The notes below the pieces were generated by a model that worked only from the letters and a program-made list of their open reading frames with translations, made no database searches and was not told the origin of the DNA. Below are positions 48,199-58,404 of a stretch of DNA of 64,000 nt, in pieces. The stretch covers positions 1 to 64,000 of the forward strand of contig JAAOZP010000003.1 of the NCBI GenBank assembly GCA_011605725.1, written 5' to 3'. Position 1 is the stretch's first letter. Every line of letters begins with the position of its first letter. The translations under genes were made by a program, and so were the position numbers. Origin of the DNA: Nitrososphaerota archaeon (GTDB lineage: Archaea > Thermoproteota > EX4484-205 > JAAOZP01).

Positions 48199-49101
48199 TT
48201 GTGTCATGAGAAAACTCGTATGTTTCAAACCATTCATAAGATGTTCCTAGGAGATTCTAGGAGCATGGATAATGTTGACGACGAGTCTGTGCATCTCATC
48301 CTAACCTCCCCGCCCTATTGGAATATTAAGAAGTATCCTGAGAACCCATGTCAGCTTGGAAACATTTCTGATTACCATCTGTTCCTGTCTGAGCTTAAGA
48401 GGGTTGTTGAAGAGTGCTTCAGGGTTCTTGTTAAAGGCGGGAGGCTGTGCATGGTTGTCGGCGACATCTGCGTGGCTAGGAAGCAGGGTCGCCACCGCGT
48501 CATACCCTTTCACTCCCACGTTACCCAGCTATGCTTGGACGCTGGTCTAGACTACTTGTCTCCAATAATCCTCTACAAGATTGCTAACGTTACCACTGAG
48601 GCTAAGCGGGAAACATATGCTCTAGGAAGATACTTGGGCCCGAACTCGATAATAAAAAACGATATTGAGTACGTGCTCATCTTCAGGAAGCCCGGCGCCT
48701 ATAGGAGGGTTAACAAGCGTCTCGCAGCTCTAAGCAGGCTTAGGAAAAACGAGTTTACAGAGTATTTCCGCCAAGTCTGGTGGGTTAACGGTTGCCGCGT
48801 AAGCAGCCACCCGGCTCCGTTTTCACTAGAGCTAGCCAAAAGGCTGGTCAGAATGTTCTCCTATGTTGGAGACACTGTTTTAGACCCGTTCCTAGGCTCC
48901 GGGACAACCAGTCTGGCAGCCATCTGTACGCTTAGAAACTCGATAGGGTATGAGGTTGAGCCCTCATACGTCAAGTCGGCTAGGGATAGGGTTAGAAGAA
49001 TGCTGGCGAGGAACAATATTCCGCACGCCATGGTTAATGAGGAGTATCCTGAGTCGGGGATAGTCTTCAAGGTTAATGGGGTTCCGCTCAGGCCAGGCTA
49101 A
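48199..49101 (+). CDS. Site-specific DNA methyltransferase, beta class (N4-C/N6-A)
   Basis: LTSPPYW (motif IV) precedes HPAPF and VLDPFLGSGTT (motif I); start may be ATG 48220. Confidence 0.93.
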   Translation: MCHEKTRMFQTIHKMFLGDSRSMDNVDDESVHLILTSPPYWNIKKYPENPCQLGNISDYHLFLSELKRVVEECFRVLVKGGRLCMVVGDICVARKQGRHRVIPFHSHVTQLCLDAGLDYLSPIILYKIANVTTEAKRETYALGRYLGPNSIIKNDIEYVLIFRKPGAYRRVNKRLAALSRLRKNEFTEYFRQVWWVNGCRVSSHPAPFSLELAKRLVRMFSYVGDTVLDPFLGSGTTSLAAICTLRNSIGYEVEPSYVKSARDRVRRMLARNNIPHAMVNEEYPESGIVFKVNGVPLRPG

Positions 49102-49140
49102 TCCAGTTTTCAAATTTAATTCAACCTAATATTTTTTAAT

Positions 49141-50688
49141 GTGAAAACGCTTAATACTGGTGTGAACGGTGAGGAGGATAAGGTTAAGTTATTGGAGAGC
49201 AGGCTGGGGGAGCTTGAGCTCGTCGGCTTAACTGGAAGCACAACCAAGGTTACAGAGGCCCCGCTGATCCTCCTGGAGAACATGGAGACAAGGGTTAGGG
49301 AGGAGGACATAGTGCTCATAGTCAACCGAAGCTCCTCCGATTATATTCTTGCTGTTTGCAGGAGCGGCATGGGTATTAACGAGAACCTGAGGGTCGGGGG
49401 ATACAGCCCGGGAATAGCCTACGTGCGCTCGAAAGGCCAGCCGCCGTCAACAGCCAAGGAGTCCTACCATTTCACACTATCCTTCATAGGATTGCTCACG
49501 AGCAGGGGTGTGAAGACTAACAACATAATTGTTGCACCAGGCTCGAAAGTATATCTTTTCAAGAAGGAGGCGTTGGAGATGAACCCGTTAACGTTCCTAG
49601 AACCTAAGGAGCATGTTGAAGGCGGGTACCTGGCGAATTCCGAGGGAAACTGGCTGATACCATTCGACAAGAAGTATATTCCTTACCATATTGGTGTCTT
49701 CGGAGCCACCGGCTCTGGGAAATCGATGCTTGCAAGGTATCTCTTAATCCCGCTTCTCACGCAGGCTGGCTACGGAGTGCTGGTTTTCGACTGGGAGGGC
49801 GTTGACTATTCACCGTTTTTCAAAAACAATACCCTATCTATCTGCGATTTCAAAATGGATGTTAATATGGCGGTGGAGTTCCTCATGAGAAACACTGATC
49901 ACTTTGGCTACGGAGACGAGAACAAACCCGTTCCCTCAGCAGTTGTAAAAGTAATGTCGAGAAAGCTGAACGACAAGACTTGGTGGGACGAGGTTCCAAA
50001 AACCCTGAACAGCGGTGAAGAGCTGCGTGAGAAACTGAGGGAGGATGCTTTAAGCGAGCTGCGTGAAAGAAGCGGCTGGGAGAGTTACGGCCCCTCTTGG
50101 GAGCTTAAACTCAACTATGGTCTCGACCGGGTTTCGAAGGAAAACTGGGAGCTGCTCTACAGGTCTAGCAAAGGAGTCTCCATCGAGGAGTTCAGGTTTC
50201 CAAGCCCAGGGGAGCTTATCGTAATAGATATGAGCGAGGTGAGTGGAGAGAGGAAGCTGTCTTTCTTCTCAGAGCTCTGCAGCAGGCTGATATCAATGAT
50301 GCAGGAGAGAGGCGTGAAGCTTAACCTGGCGGTGGTGATAGATGAGGCGCCGCAGTACTGTCCATCCGAGCCCAAGGGATTGCAGGGGAAGACGACGGAG
50401 CAGTTGAAAGACCTGTGCGCCCTAGGCAGGAAGCGAAACATGTGCGTAGTGCTCCTCTCCCAGGGAATGGCTGGTGAAATAGGGATTAACGCTGCCGTCA
50501 GGAGGAATCTTAACACGCTCTTCATAGGGCAGATTCATCCTTTGGATATTGAGGAGGCTGGGAAGAGGCTGATGCCCTACGGCGTTAGGCCTGAGGAACT
50601 GCTCTTCCTCGAGCCCGGGAAATTCTATCTCACGGGCAAGATGAACCCTTCGCCAACACCCCTGCTGATATCGTTCAAAATAGAATAG
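49141..50688 (+). CDS. herA: HerA/FtsK-like ATPase (DUF87)
   Basis: N-terminal barrel-like region, HIGVFGATGSGKS, VFDWEG, VIDEAPQY, GRK, LSQ. Confidence 0.85.
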   Translation: MKTLNTGVNGEEDKVKLLESRLGELELVGLTGSTTKVTEAPLILLENMETRVREEDIVLIVNRSSSDYILAVCRSGMGINENLRVGGYSPGIAYVRSKGQPPSTAKESYHFTLSFIGLLTSRGVKTNNIIVAPGSKVYLFKKEALEMNPLTFLEPKEHVEGGYLANSEGNWLIPFDKKYIPYHIGVFGATGSGKSMLARYLLIPLLTQAGYGVLVFDWEGVDYSPFFKNNTLSICDFKMDVNMAVEFLMRNTDHFGYGDENKPVPSAVVKVMSRKLNDKTWWDEVPKTLNSGEELREKLREDALSELRERSGWESYGPSWELKLNYGLDRVSKENWELLYRSSKGVSIEEFRFPSPGELIVIDMSEVSGERKLSFFSELCSRLISMMQERGVKLNLAVVIDEAPQYCPSEPKGLQGKTTEQLKDLCALGRKRNMCVVLLSQGMAGEIGINAAVRRNLNTLFIGQIHPLDIEEAGKRLMPYGVRPEELLFLEPGKFYLTGKMNPSPTPLLISFKIE

Positions 50689-50698
50689 GTGTTTAGGA

Positions 50699-51889
50699 AT
50701 GTCTTCAGAGGAGAACCCGCTTCTCACTCTTCCAAGACCCATAGTGGACGCGCTTTTCTCAAGCGCTGAGAAAGAGGCTGGGAACGTGAAGGAAAGAATC
50801 CTAATGCTTGAGAAGATGGCTAGAAAGGTTTCAGAAGGCTTCAGGTTTAACAGGATTGCTGGAAGCAGAAAAGGCTGTATTGCTGTTGCAGACGGCTCCA
50901 TGTCTGTCGCGCCCAGCAACCGTATAGGCTCGCTGTTCGCAATATACTCGGCTGGATACATGGTTTTCGACGACGGTAGGCTTATGGATGAGAACTATTA
51001 CGCCGGATCCCTAAGCTGGCCCTACGGGGGAGCCAGAGATTTCAAGACGCTGCTCAAGCTCCTGATGGCTTACGCTGAGAGGAAAGCCGCGTTAGAAGCC
51101 TACTGGAAGCATAATCCTGACCTAATCCTGCTGGACGGCCCGTTCTTCTTCTTCAGGGGATACTGCAGGTATATTCATGCTGTCCAGGTTGAAACGCCTG
51201 AGCTTAAAACAGGCCTAGACCTCGTAAGGGAGGTTAGGGACAAGACCCTGACGCTGATGGAGACGGGTAGAGCAGTATGCGTAATAAGGCGGAGCGGCAT
51301 CAGAGCTGTAGACGGCTGGCTGATCTACAATCAGGGCGAGGAAGCCTGCCTGAGGATTAACGATAAGCATCTTCTCACAATGGTCATGCCGCCGATGACA
51401 ACATGGTCGTACAGGGACCTATGCGAGGACCCGCTTCTATACGCTACCTTCTACCGGTTCTACAGGAGGTGGAGGCAAGCCGGAAGGAGGCCTGAAGAAC
51501 TTGACAAGGAGAAAATCCTTTCACAGTGCCTGGAGGACTGGAGGAGAAAGTTCCTGAGCGATTTAGACATTGAGTTTGAAAAAGTGCCGAGGTTAGAGAG
51601 GCATTACGTAAGGTATACGGGTGCGGCGCCGCCTTTCGAGATAGAGACACTAGCAAACATGAAGCCGGAGGGCTTCGCCGAGTACTTCGTCGAATTCCAC
51701 AATCCCGCTACCGGGCTCCCGTACCCGATAGACATGGTTGACGAGGCTGTTACACTGCCCAGGGGCTCGACAACAGCCTTCACCGAGGAGGTTGAGGCAA
51801 GGCTCATCAAAGACCAGGACATAGAGAATAAGACGGCAATATCAGACTACTTCACGGTCCTAAACCCACAGAAGAAAGAATACATATAG
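50699..51889 (+). CDS. nurA: NurA-family nuclease
   Basis: AVADGS, M..AE..AA, LILLDGP, GLPYPIDMVDE.V; follows HerA. Confidence 0.85.
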   Translation: MSSEENPLLTLPRPIVDALFSSAEKEAGNVKERILMLEKMARKVSEGFRFNRIAGSRKGCIAVADGSMSVAPSNRIGSLFAIYSAGYMVFDDGRLMDENYYAGSLSWPYGGARDFKTLLKLLMAYAERKAALEAYWKHNPDLILLDGPFFFFRGYCRYIHAVQVETPELKTGLDLVREVRDKTLTLMETGRAVCVIRRSGIRAVDGWLIYNQGEEACLRINDKHLLTMVMPPMTTWSYRDLCEDPLLYATFYRFYRRWRQAGRRPEELDKEKILSQCLEDWRRKFLSDLDIEFEKVPRLERHYVRYTGAAPPFEIETLANMKPEGFAEYFVEFHNPATGLPYPIDMVDEAVTLPRGSTTAFTEEVEARLIKDQDIENKTAISDYFTVLNPQKKEYI

Positions 51890-52043
51890 CGTGCCATTAT
51901 GCGCTACCACTTCGAGAATCCAGCGCTACGTGTGAGCTGAAGATTTCTAACATGCGCTTTCAGAAAAAAAGTTAAATAGATTGCTTACTACATTTTCACC
52001 GGTTAAACTATTAAAGTGACAATTGAAAGAGGGGTGAGTTCGC

Positions 52044-52718
52044 ATGAGATATGCGGAACTAGTTAAGGGCATTATAAATTTTGAGAGTTCTTTCTGGTTC
52101 GGTGAATATGTATATTTTAAGGCTCTTGAAAATCTAGAGAACGTTAGGGCTGACTTAAGTAAGTTAGAAACAAAGGAGCATGTAGAAAGAATAATTAAGA
52201 TGTTTCTCATTCAATGGGGTAGAATGGGAAGAACTGTGGATAGGAGAGATTTAAATTGGGAACAACTTACTAAACAATTACGTAGCTCTAAAGAAGCTTT
52301 CCAAAAACTACAGGGTAAAAGTATACTAGATATTAATCTTGACGATGAGGAAGTAAGAGATGCTATTAAAAGAACTTATGAGGCAGCAAGCATTAAATAC
52401 ATTGGGGCAACTGCAATCTCAAAGATTTTACATCTGCTAAATCCTGAAATCTACGTAATGTGGGATGAAGATATTAGGATGAAATATAAGGTTGCAAAAA
52501 GTGTGAAAGGTTATCTAGATTTTCTAAAGCAAATGAAGGTGGAAGTAAAAGAGGCATTAGGAGAAGGGGTTAAAGAGAAAGGATGTAGCGAAAAGGAAAT
52601 CGTGGAAGAAATTTGTAGAGAGCTTCCAAGTAAAAAGCTTGGCCAAGAATATAGTAGAAAAACTTTGGCTAAACTTATTGATGAATACAACTGGTGGTTG
52701 GTCCATTACGGATTTTGA
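52044..52718 (+). CDS. HhH-like N-glycosylase-related protein
   Basis: FL.QWG.M, IGATAISKILHLLNPE.YVMWD, TLAKLIDEYNW; GGTGA SD; AT-rich. Confidence 0.6.
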   Translation: MRYAELVKGIINFESSFWFGEYVYFKALENLENVRADLSKLETKEHVERIIKMFLIQWGRMGRTVDRRDLNWEQLTKQLRSSKEAFQKLQGKSILDINLDDEEVRDAIKRTYEAASIKYIGATAISKILHLLNPEIYVMWDEDIRMKYKVAKSVKGYLDFLKQMKVEVKEALGEGVKEKGCSEKEIVEEICRELPSKKLGQEYSRKTLAKLIDEYNWWLVHYGF

Positions 52719-52825
52719 TAAATTATCGATTCATGTTAAGGAGACGGTGAAGAATGGAGTCTAAAAGCAAGTAACGATAACAGTGCTTTTAAAATAATTT
52801 TAAGATGCAGTCGTTTTCGTGTTTT

Positions 52826-53755
52826 CTAGGTTCCTACTGCTAATTTTTCTTGGCCTCCGCTAAGCCTCCGTATAATGTTCTCTAAGTCCTCGGGCTTGAT
52901 GGCTTCAATCTTCTCCTTTGTTTCTTCAATGGCGGAAACCCAGCGTTGAGAACCACTAGTCTTCCTAACAGCTACTATCATATAATAGTAGAATCTATAG
53001 GGTGATTTTACCTTAATAGGTATCGTAACCTCTCTATGCTCTCTGATCTTCTCTAAGTAAAGCTCGAATAGAGCATCTTCATTCTCGCATGCTTTCCACT
53101 CATCTGTTCCAAAGAAACGTTGCAGCGTTTCTATTTCCGCAGAAGTCTTATTTTCTTTTAGAGCACTTCTAGAAACCCCGGTAGATTGATAGTTTATAAT
53201 AAGATCCCCGGTAAGATTGAAGAGATGTTGCAGAGTTTCCCACTCTATTTCTAATCCCTCAGGATCTACAAAAGCAAGAAAATGAACGGAGCCAGCTTCT
53301 AAACGAGCTTTAGTCATGGCTTTAAATTCTGGGCCGTTGACATCTTCTTTCCTCACTTTTGCATTCGGAAGTAAATGTCTTAATGCTTCTGCATATTTTT
53401 CTTTCTTCTCAAACAGAATCAGCTCGTCGAATTTCTTCCTTGGAACCCGGTCTGTGATGAGAGGCGAGCCAAACACGATGAGATTGTTCAAATCGCTTAT
53501 TCTATCTAAGCCTGGCCCAGCGAAAAGGTCGATATAATACGCCTTATCAAAATGGGCTTTAATTATGGCCGTATATATGTCGGCGTAATATGCTAGAATG
53601 GCGAGCTTTAAAATAGCCCAGCTTTTACATGAATAAGCCTCCTTAGTTTTTTGAAATAATTGACTGGCCTCCTGACTCTGACCCCTTAAGGTTTCTATTC
53701 TGCGAACCCACCATTCGGAAGGTGTAATTTTTCTTCTCCGACCAGACGGATTCAT
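52826..53755 (-). CDS. tcmP: Three-Cys-motif partner protein (SAM-dependent methyltransferase fold)
   Basis: W..LKL.IL.YY, YIDLFAGPG, GSPL, E, DVN, FVDPEG....W.TL, DL.I. Confidence 0.85.
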   Translation of the reverse strand: MNPSGRRRKITPSEWWVRRIETLRGQSQEASQLFQKTKEAYSCKSWAILKLAILAYYADIYTAIIKAHFDKAYYIDLFAGPGLDRISDLNNLIVFGSPLITDRVPRKKFDELILFEKKEKYAEALRHLLPNAKVRKEDVNGPEFKAMTKARLEAGSVHFLAFVDPEGLEIEWETLQHLFNLTGDLIINYQSTGVSRSALKENKTSAEIETLQRFFGTDEWKACENEDALFELYLEKIREHREVTIPIKVKSPYRFYYYMIVAVRKTSGSQRWVSAIEETKEKIEAIKPEDLENIIRRLSGGQEKLAVGT

Positions 53756-53761
53756 TTGGAT

Positions 53762-54871
53762 TCACTTAGAGTAGCAATTACAAGTGCCTCGCCTATATGG
53801 GATGCCTAGTTTTTCAAGCATCGATACCGTCTCCTTACAAATACTTACTTTATCATCACCGTAGCCAAAAGCAGAGAGCTTATCCAGCATATACTCATAT
53901 ATCCTTCTCCTTAGTTCAGACGGTAATTTCTTTCCCCAACCAGTATCTTCTTTAAAGAACTTAGCCCAGCCCATATCTACCCCTGCTTTTTTAGCGTAGT
54001 ATATTGTTTTCTTTAACCCCCTTGGCGTCCCAAGTATTATCTTAGCAGGTTCCACCTCAGACATGATTCTGTATAAAATATCTTCATAATGCGTTTCCCA
54101 GTCTTCTATAGGGAATATTGGGTCGATCCTTATCCTCACCTCATACCCTGTTTCGTAAACCATTTTCGCAGCCTGTATCCTTTGTTCCGGCGGAGCTGCT
54201 TTTTTCTCCCAGATTTTTGCAACCTCTACGGCGTTAATACTCCAAGCGCATACAACCTGTTTCTTAACATGATCAGGCTTATTTAGCAAAAATTTAATAC
54301 TGTTTGCCCCCGCTTTACTTAGCAGAACGATCCTGTGCTTATGCTGCTCTCCAAACTTGTCAACTATTTCACTCATTAAGGGAGGGTTCATCAGGGAATC
54401 AGATAATTCGCCGCTGTTGAATAAAGCAGGCTTGCCACCGTTAAAATGAGGATCGTTAAATGCCTCGTCCAACGCATTGAATACGTAATGTAGTTTCACG
54501 TAGCTGGGTTTCATGTTCCCTTTCTTTGTTCCTCTCAAATAGCAATAAGAGCAATCGAAAGGACAGCCGAAAGCCCATCTCAACTCCCAGAAGGGGCCGC
54601 ATGCTATGTCTGGAGGAGTTTTCGCGAATAATTTCACTATGCCTTGACCGTATTCGGTTCGAAACGGCTTACGAACAGGCTCTTTCACTACGGCTTCAGG
54701 ATGAGTGATCGACGCAATAATCTTCGGGGGGAAGAAATCAGGAATCCTCCTGCTCGACTTAGCGATTATTTCCGCCTCTTTCTTCCTTATTGTTCGCCAA
54801 GCCTTTAAAGCTGCTTCTCTATGTTTCTCCTTCTCTGTAAGCATCTTCCCCCTTCCTTTACTGTCTGCCAC
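53762..54871 (-). CDS. Spore-photoproduct-lyase-like radical SAM protein
   Basis: GCPFDCSYCYL, FNSGELSDSL, LLSK, WSIN, E...P..RI.AA, RIDPI; 6 bp from tcmP. Confidence 0.85.
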   Translation of the reverse strand: MADSKGRGKMLTEKEKHREAALKAWRTIRKKEAEIIAKSSRRIPDFFPPKIIASITHPEAVVKEPVRKPFRTEYGQGIVKLFAKTPPDIACGPFWELRWAFGCPFDCSYCYLRGTKKGNMKPSYVKLHYVFNALDEAFNDPHFNGGKPALFNSGELSDSLMNPPLMSEIVDKFGEQHKHRIVLLSKAGANSIKFLLNKPDHVKKQVVCAWSINAVEVAKIWEKKAAPPEQRIQAAKMVYETGYEVRIRIDPIFPIEDWETHYEDILYRIMSEVEPAKIILGTPRGLKKTIYYAKKAGVDMGWAKFFKEDTGWGKKLPSELRRRIYEYMLDKLSAFGYGDDKVSICKETVSMLEKLGIPYRRGTCNCYSK

Positions 54872-54956
54872 TGTCCTTATAAGAACCTACACGGGAAGTT
54901 TTTAATCTTTGATTTTTCATTGGAACTTTTAAATAGCATGAGTTGGTGACTTATGT

Positions 54957-55946
54957 GTGGCTGAACTAGTTGAAAAGAGGGAATCGCCAGAAAAATCCTT
55001 ATCCATCGGGATATACGTGGGTTTCAAGGCTGTTAAGACAGGCAACTTATGTTATGATACCCGGGTTTTCGCTCCTCCTGAAGTAAGGGTGGATAGCTAT
55101 AGAATATCGTATCCGCTCATTAAACCGTCGAAGCTGACATCAAAAAGCCGTGGAGGCGTCGGTAAGGAGCTGTCGAACGGCTGGGCTTTGAACTTCGCAG
55201 TAGGCTGCACCCATGGATGCATCTTCTGTTACGTCGACTCGATTCATAAGAGATTTGGAAGACACAGGTATGGGGCGGAGGTGGATGAGAAATGGGGGAA
55301 CTATTTTCTGATTCCGAATAATATTGAGGAGGCGGTTGAAAAAACTCCTTGGCACAGGTGGAGGAACCGAGAGGTTCTTTTAAGCTCCACGCATGACCCC
55401 TATCTTCCTCAATTAGCGCCTGTTACGAGAAGAATTCTGGAAAGAGCACTGCCTGCTGGAGTGAAATTCTGCATTCAAACAAGGTCTCCGCTAGTAATGA
55501 AGGACTTCGACTTGTTAGCGAAATATGCGAAAAGCATAAGACTACAGGTGTCGATAGCTACGATGAACGAGGATTTCTCCAGACTGATTGAGCCCAGAGT
55601 ATCTCCTCCGATGGCTAGGCTAAGCGTGATAAGAAATGCTAAGGAAGTTGGATTAGAAACCGGAGTCATTTTAGCGCCGATATTCCCACCGACAAGAATG
55701 AGGCCAAATGTAGGAGAGGACCTGGATGAAATCATGAGGCAACTCGCCTTGATAAAACCAGACCACATATACGGCGAATCCCTGCATATAAGAGGAGGAA
55801 ACATAAGGCTCATAAAACAAATCCTTGGAGAAGATTTCAACGATTTAAAGCCATTCGAATCTGAAATAAGGCGCTTGTTCAAATCAAAACTAAAGGAGTA
55901 CGGTTTGAAGGGAACATGGTGGCTAGAACACAGATATTTCAAATAG
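54957..55946 (+). CDS. Radical SAM protein (SPL/Rv2578c-like)
   Basis: LNFAVGCTHGCIFCY, SSTHDPY, TRRILE, QTRSPLV..D, SIAT, EPRVSPP..RL, APIFP. Confidence 0.88.
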   Translation: MAELVEKRESPEKSLSIGIYVGFKAVKTGNLCYDTRVFAPPEVRVDSYRISYPLIKPSKLTSKSRGGVGKELSNGWALNFAVGCTHGCIFCYVDSIHKRFGRHRYGAEVDEKWGNYFLIPNNIEEAVEKTPWHRWRNREVLLSSTHDPYLPQLAPVTRRILERALPAGVKFCIQTRSPLVMKDFDLLAKYAKSIRLQVSIATMNEDFSRLIEPRVSPPMARLSVIRNAKEVGLETGVILAPIFPPTRMRPNVGEDLDEIMRQLALIKPDHIYGESLHIRGGNIRLIKQILGEDFNDLKPFESEIRRLFKSKLKEYGLKGTWWLEHRYFK

Positions 55947-56142
55947 TTAACAGCTAGATCTCCTTTGTTTCTGGATTTTTCCTCAAATTCAAAAAGTACA
56001 ATAATGATAAATTAACTTAACCGGGAAATGAGTTCTTCTCTAGGTGTAGCGTGTGCTCTGAGGATGGTTATTGCATGCAACTCATTATTGTGCAGAGATA
56101 TTAACGAATTCTGACACTAATTCCTCTATAACATTCGGCGCG

Positions 56143-56595
56143 CTAGTGTAGTCCTAGCTTACTTTCAAAGCTCCTAAATTCCTTCTTTTTCTCATAAAGA
56201 GCGTTAATCTCTTCCAAAGTTATTATTTTAAGCTCATCAATTATTTCTTGAATCACTCCAGAAGCAATGTTATAAGCAACACTAGTTTGATCTCTTGTTG
56301 TTTCTAAAATTGGTTTTGCATTCCACATATCCCTGGCATGCTTAAGTTTTGTTAAAGCTTCTTCAAGGTTCCCGCGAATATGCACTTCAAAGACAATGTA
56401 AGGATCTGCTCTTTGAAGCCTTTTCCATGCAACGTCAATCTTGTAGCCATCAAGCTCTATTTCTTTTATGCTAATCTTTTCTTGAAGTAACCCTATCTGG
56501 TGAATTAAGTCTTTAACTGTTTCATGATCCAGTTCCGTTTTATATGGTATCTTTTTATTCCTTGCTTCATAATTCTCTTCAATTCTCTTGAACAT
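56143..56595 (-). CDS. PD-(D/E)xK nuclease domain, probably 5'-truncated
   Basis: H..VK..I..IG...E......IDVAW......VFEVH..GN...AL.KL; palindromes at both ends (56138-56145, 56599-56611). Confidence 0.7.
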   Translation of the reverse strand: MFKRIEENYEARNKKIPYKTELDHETVKDLIHQIGLLQEKISIKEIELDGYKIDVAWKRLQRADPYIVFEVHIRGNLEEALTKLKHARDMWNAKPILETTRDQTSVAYNIASGVIQEIIDELKIITLEEINALYEKKKEFRSFESKLGLH

Positions 56596-56667
56596 TTCAG
56601 CGCGCGCGCTACTCCGTTGCTTTAAATAAATGGCTACTTAAAATATTTAAATGTCGGCTAAAGATAT

Positions 56668-58404
56668 ATGAGTATTATGAGCATCCAAGATCAATTGGGT
56701 GAACCCGAGAGTAAGTCTTTTAACATCAGGAAAATTCTGAACCTTATTAATGAACATGAGTGGAGCCTTTATTTACCTTCTTTTCAAAGATCTTTTCTTT
56801 GGGATGAAGAAGATATTAAAAAGTTTCTTGAATCAATGCTAAACGGGTATCCTGCTGGATCTATTCTTTTATGGCATCCTAGCAACAAAGGTATTGATCC
56901 ATTTGCCAGAAAGTTTATAGATACTCGTCCAGAGCCTGATCACTCTGAAGTTTATTATATTCTGGACGGTCAACAAAGATTAACGGCACTCATGCTTCTC
57001 GCAAATGGCTGGAAGCTGGAAAGAGGCAGAAAAACAATTTCAAGATCTCCGATATCCTACAATCCATCTAAGCAAGGAGGAGAACTTATTAAAGGAATGA
57101 AAAGAGGAATCGATCTCTCTAGAGGGATTAAAGACCGATTAGGTGATGTTAAGGAAAGTCTCAGGCTAAAAAGGGAACTAGGGAGTAATTATAATGATTT
57201 CATACGCGCGATAGATAAAATTCTTAATTACGAAATGCCTATTTATGTTGTTAAAACTTTTAACGAAACACCAAATATTCTTGGGAAAATGGCAAATATC
57301 TTTATAATGGTTAATAGAGCTGGACAGAGAATTACCAACGTAGAATTACTCTTATCTTATGCTGCTGGAGTTTTTGATCAAGAAATCGTTAATAATCTAA
57401 GAAATTATTATGATGAGATTCAAGAAAAATATGGTGAAGAAATCAGTATACAACCTTTCCTAAGATTTGCATTTTCTACTCCTCTAGTTGGGCTTAAGCA
57501 ACAGGACATAGAAAATGTAGAAAGATTCAAGGCTTCTGTGAATAAAATAAAAGGGCAATTAACTCTTGATCGTAAAAAGATGTTGAATGAGAAGATTCAA
57601 AATGCATCTAAGTCGTTTGGCATAGCCTTAGACCTCGTTTTAGAGATTTTCGGGAAGGCAGCCATCGAGCTCTTACCATCGCACATATCGTTAATTCCCA
57701 TAGCTTGCTATCTTCATATAAATGACATAAGTAGCGTAAAGGAGCTTAATGAAAATGAGAAAGCATTGATTAAAAAATGGCTTTTGTTGGTGAATTTTAA
57801 TGGATATTATTCGACAAGACCCTCTGTTAAGCTTCAGAAAGATATTGAGACTTTAGATCAATCTGGAAGATTTCCATTTCGAGAGTTTCTTGAAAACATT
57901 AAAGGAAATAAGCCCTCGGCAATCCGGATATCCAAGGATAGCATTGTGGAAGGCTGTAACAAAGACATTCTAAGGAAGCCGAATCTCTCGTATCTTTTCC
58001 TACTTTATGTAGCACTAGTAGATAATGAGGCAAACGATTTGACTGGAAGATTAATAAGGAATCTTAATTTTGAAGAACTTGCTAGGCATCATATATTTCC
58101 AAGAGATAAACTCAAAAAAGAATTCAATATTCCGGAGGAGATATCTGAAGAAGATTATCCTATAAAGGGCATAAATGGGCTCGGAAATATCACTTTAGTA
58201 CATACAGATGCAAATAGCGAAATATCTGACGAAGAACCGAAAGAGTATTTTAATAGGTATCGGCGCGAAGACCTTACTAAGCATTTTATTCCCATTAATG
58301 ACGATAAGCTATGGGATCTTAAAAAGTTTGATGATTTTGTTGAAAAAAGAATAGAGAAGATTTATGACTTCCTTAAAGAACGATATCAGGACATAATTGA
58401 ATAA
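56668..58404 (+). CDS. gmrSD: GmrSD-family (DUF262 + DUF1524/HNH) modification-dependent endonuclease
   Basis: LPSFQRSFLW, GYPAGSILLW, LDGQQRLT, F..VN..G; C-term HHIFP, N.LGN.TL....N. Confidence 0.9.
   Translation: MSIMSIQDQLGEPESKSFNIRKILNLINEHEWSLYLPSFQRSFLWDEEDIKKFLESMLNGYPAGSILLWHPSNKGIDPFARKFIDTRPEPDHSEVYYILDGQQRLTALMLLANGWKLERGRKTISRSPISYNPSKQGGELIKGMKRGIDLSRGIKDRLGDVKESLRLKRELGSNYNDFIRAIDKILNYEMPIYVVKTFNETPNILGKMANIFIMVNRAGQRITNVELLLSYAAGVFDQEIVNNLRNYYDEIQEKYGEEISIQPFLRFAFSTPLVGLKQQDIENVERFKASVNKIKGQLTLDRKKMLNEKIQNASKSFGIALDLVLEIFGKAAIELLPSHISLIPIACYLHINDISSVKELNENEKALIKKWLLLVNFNGYYSTRPSVKLQKDIETLDQSGRFPFREFLENIKGNKPSAIRISKDSIVEGCNKDILRKPNLSYLFLLYVALVDNEANDLTGRLIRNLNFEELARHHIFPRDKLKKEFNIPEEISEEDYPIKGINGLGNITLVHTDANSEISDEEPKEYFNRYRREDLTKHFIPINDDKLWDLKKFDDFVEKRIEKIYDFLKERYQDIIE

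Noticed and set aside
53762-54871. Calling this gene splB (true spore photoproduct lyase)
   Set aside because: Archaeal host, coupling to tcmP and the defence context argue against assigning that function from the fold alone.
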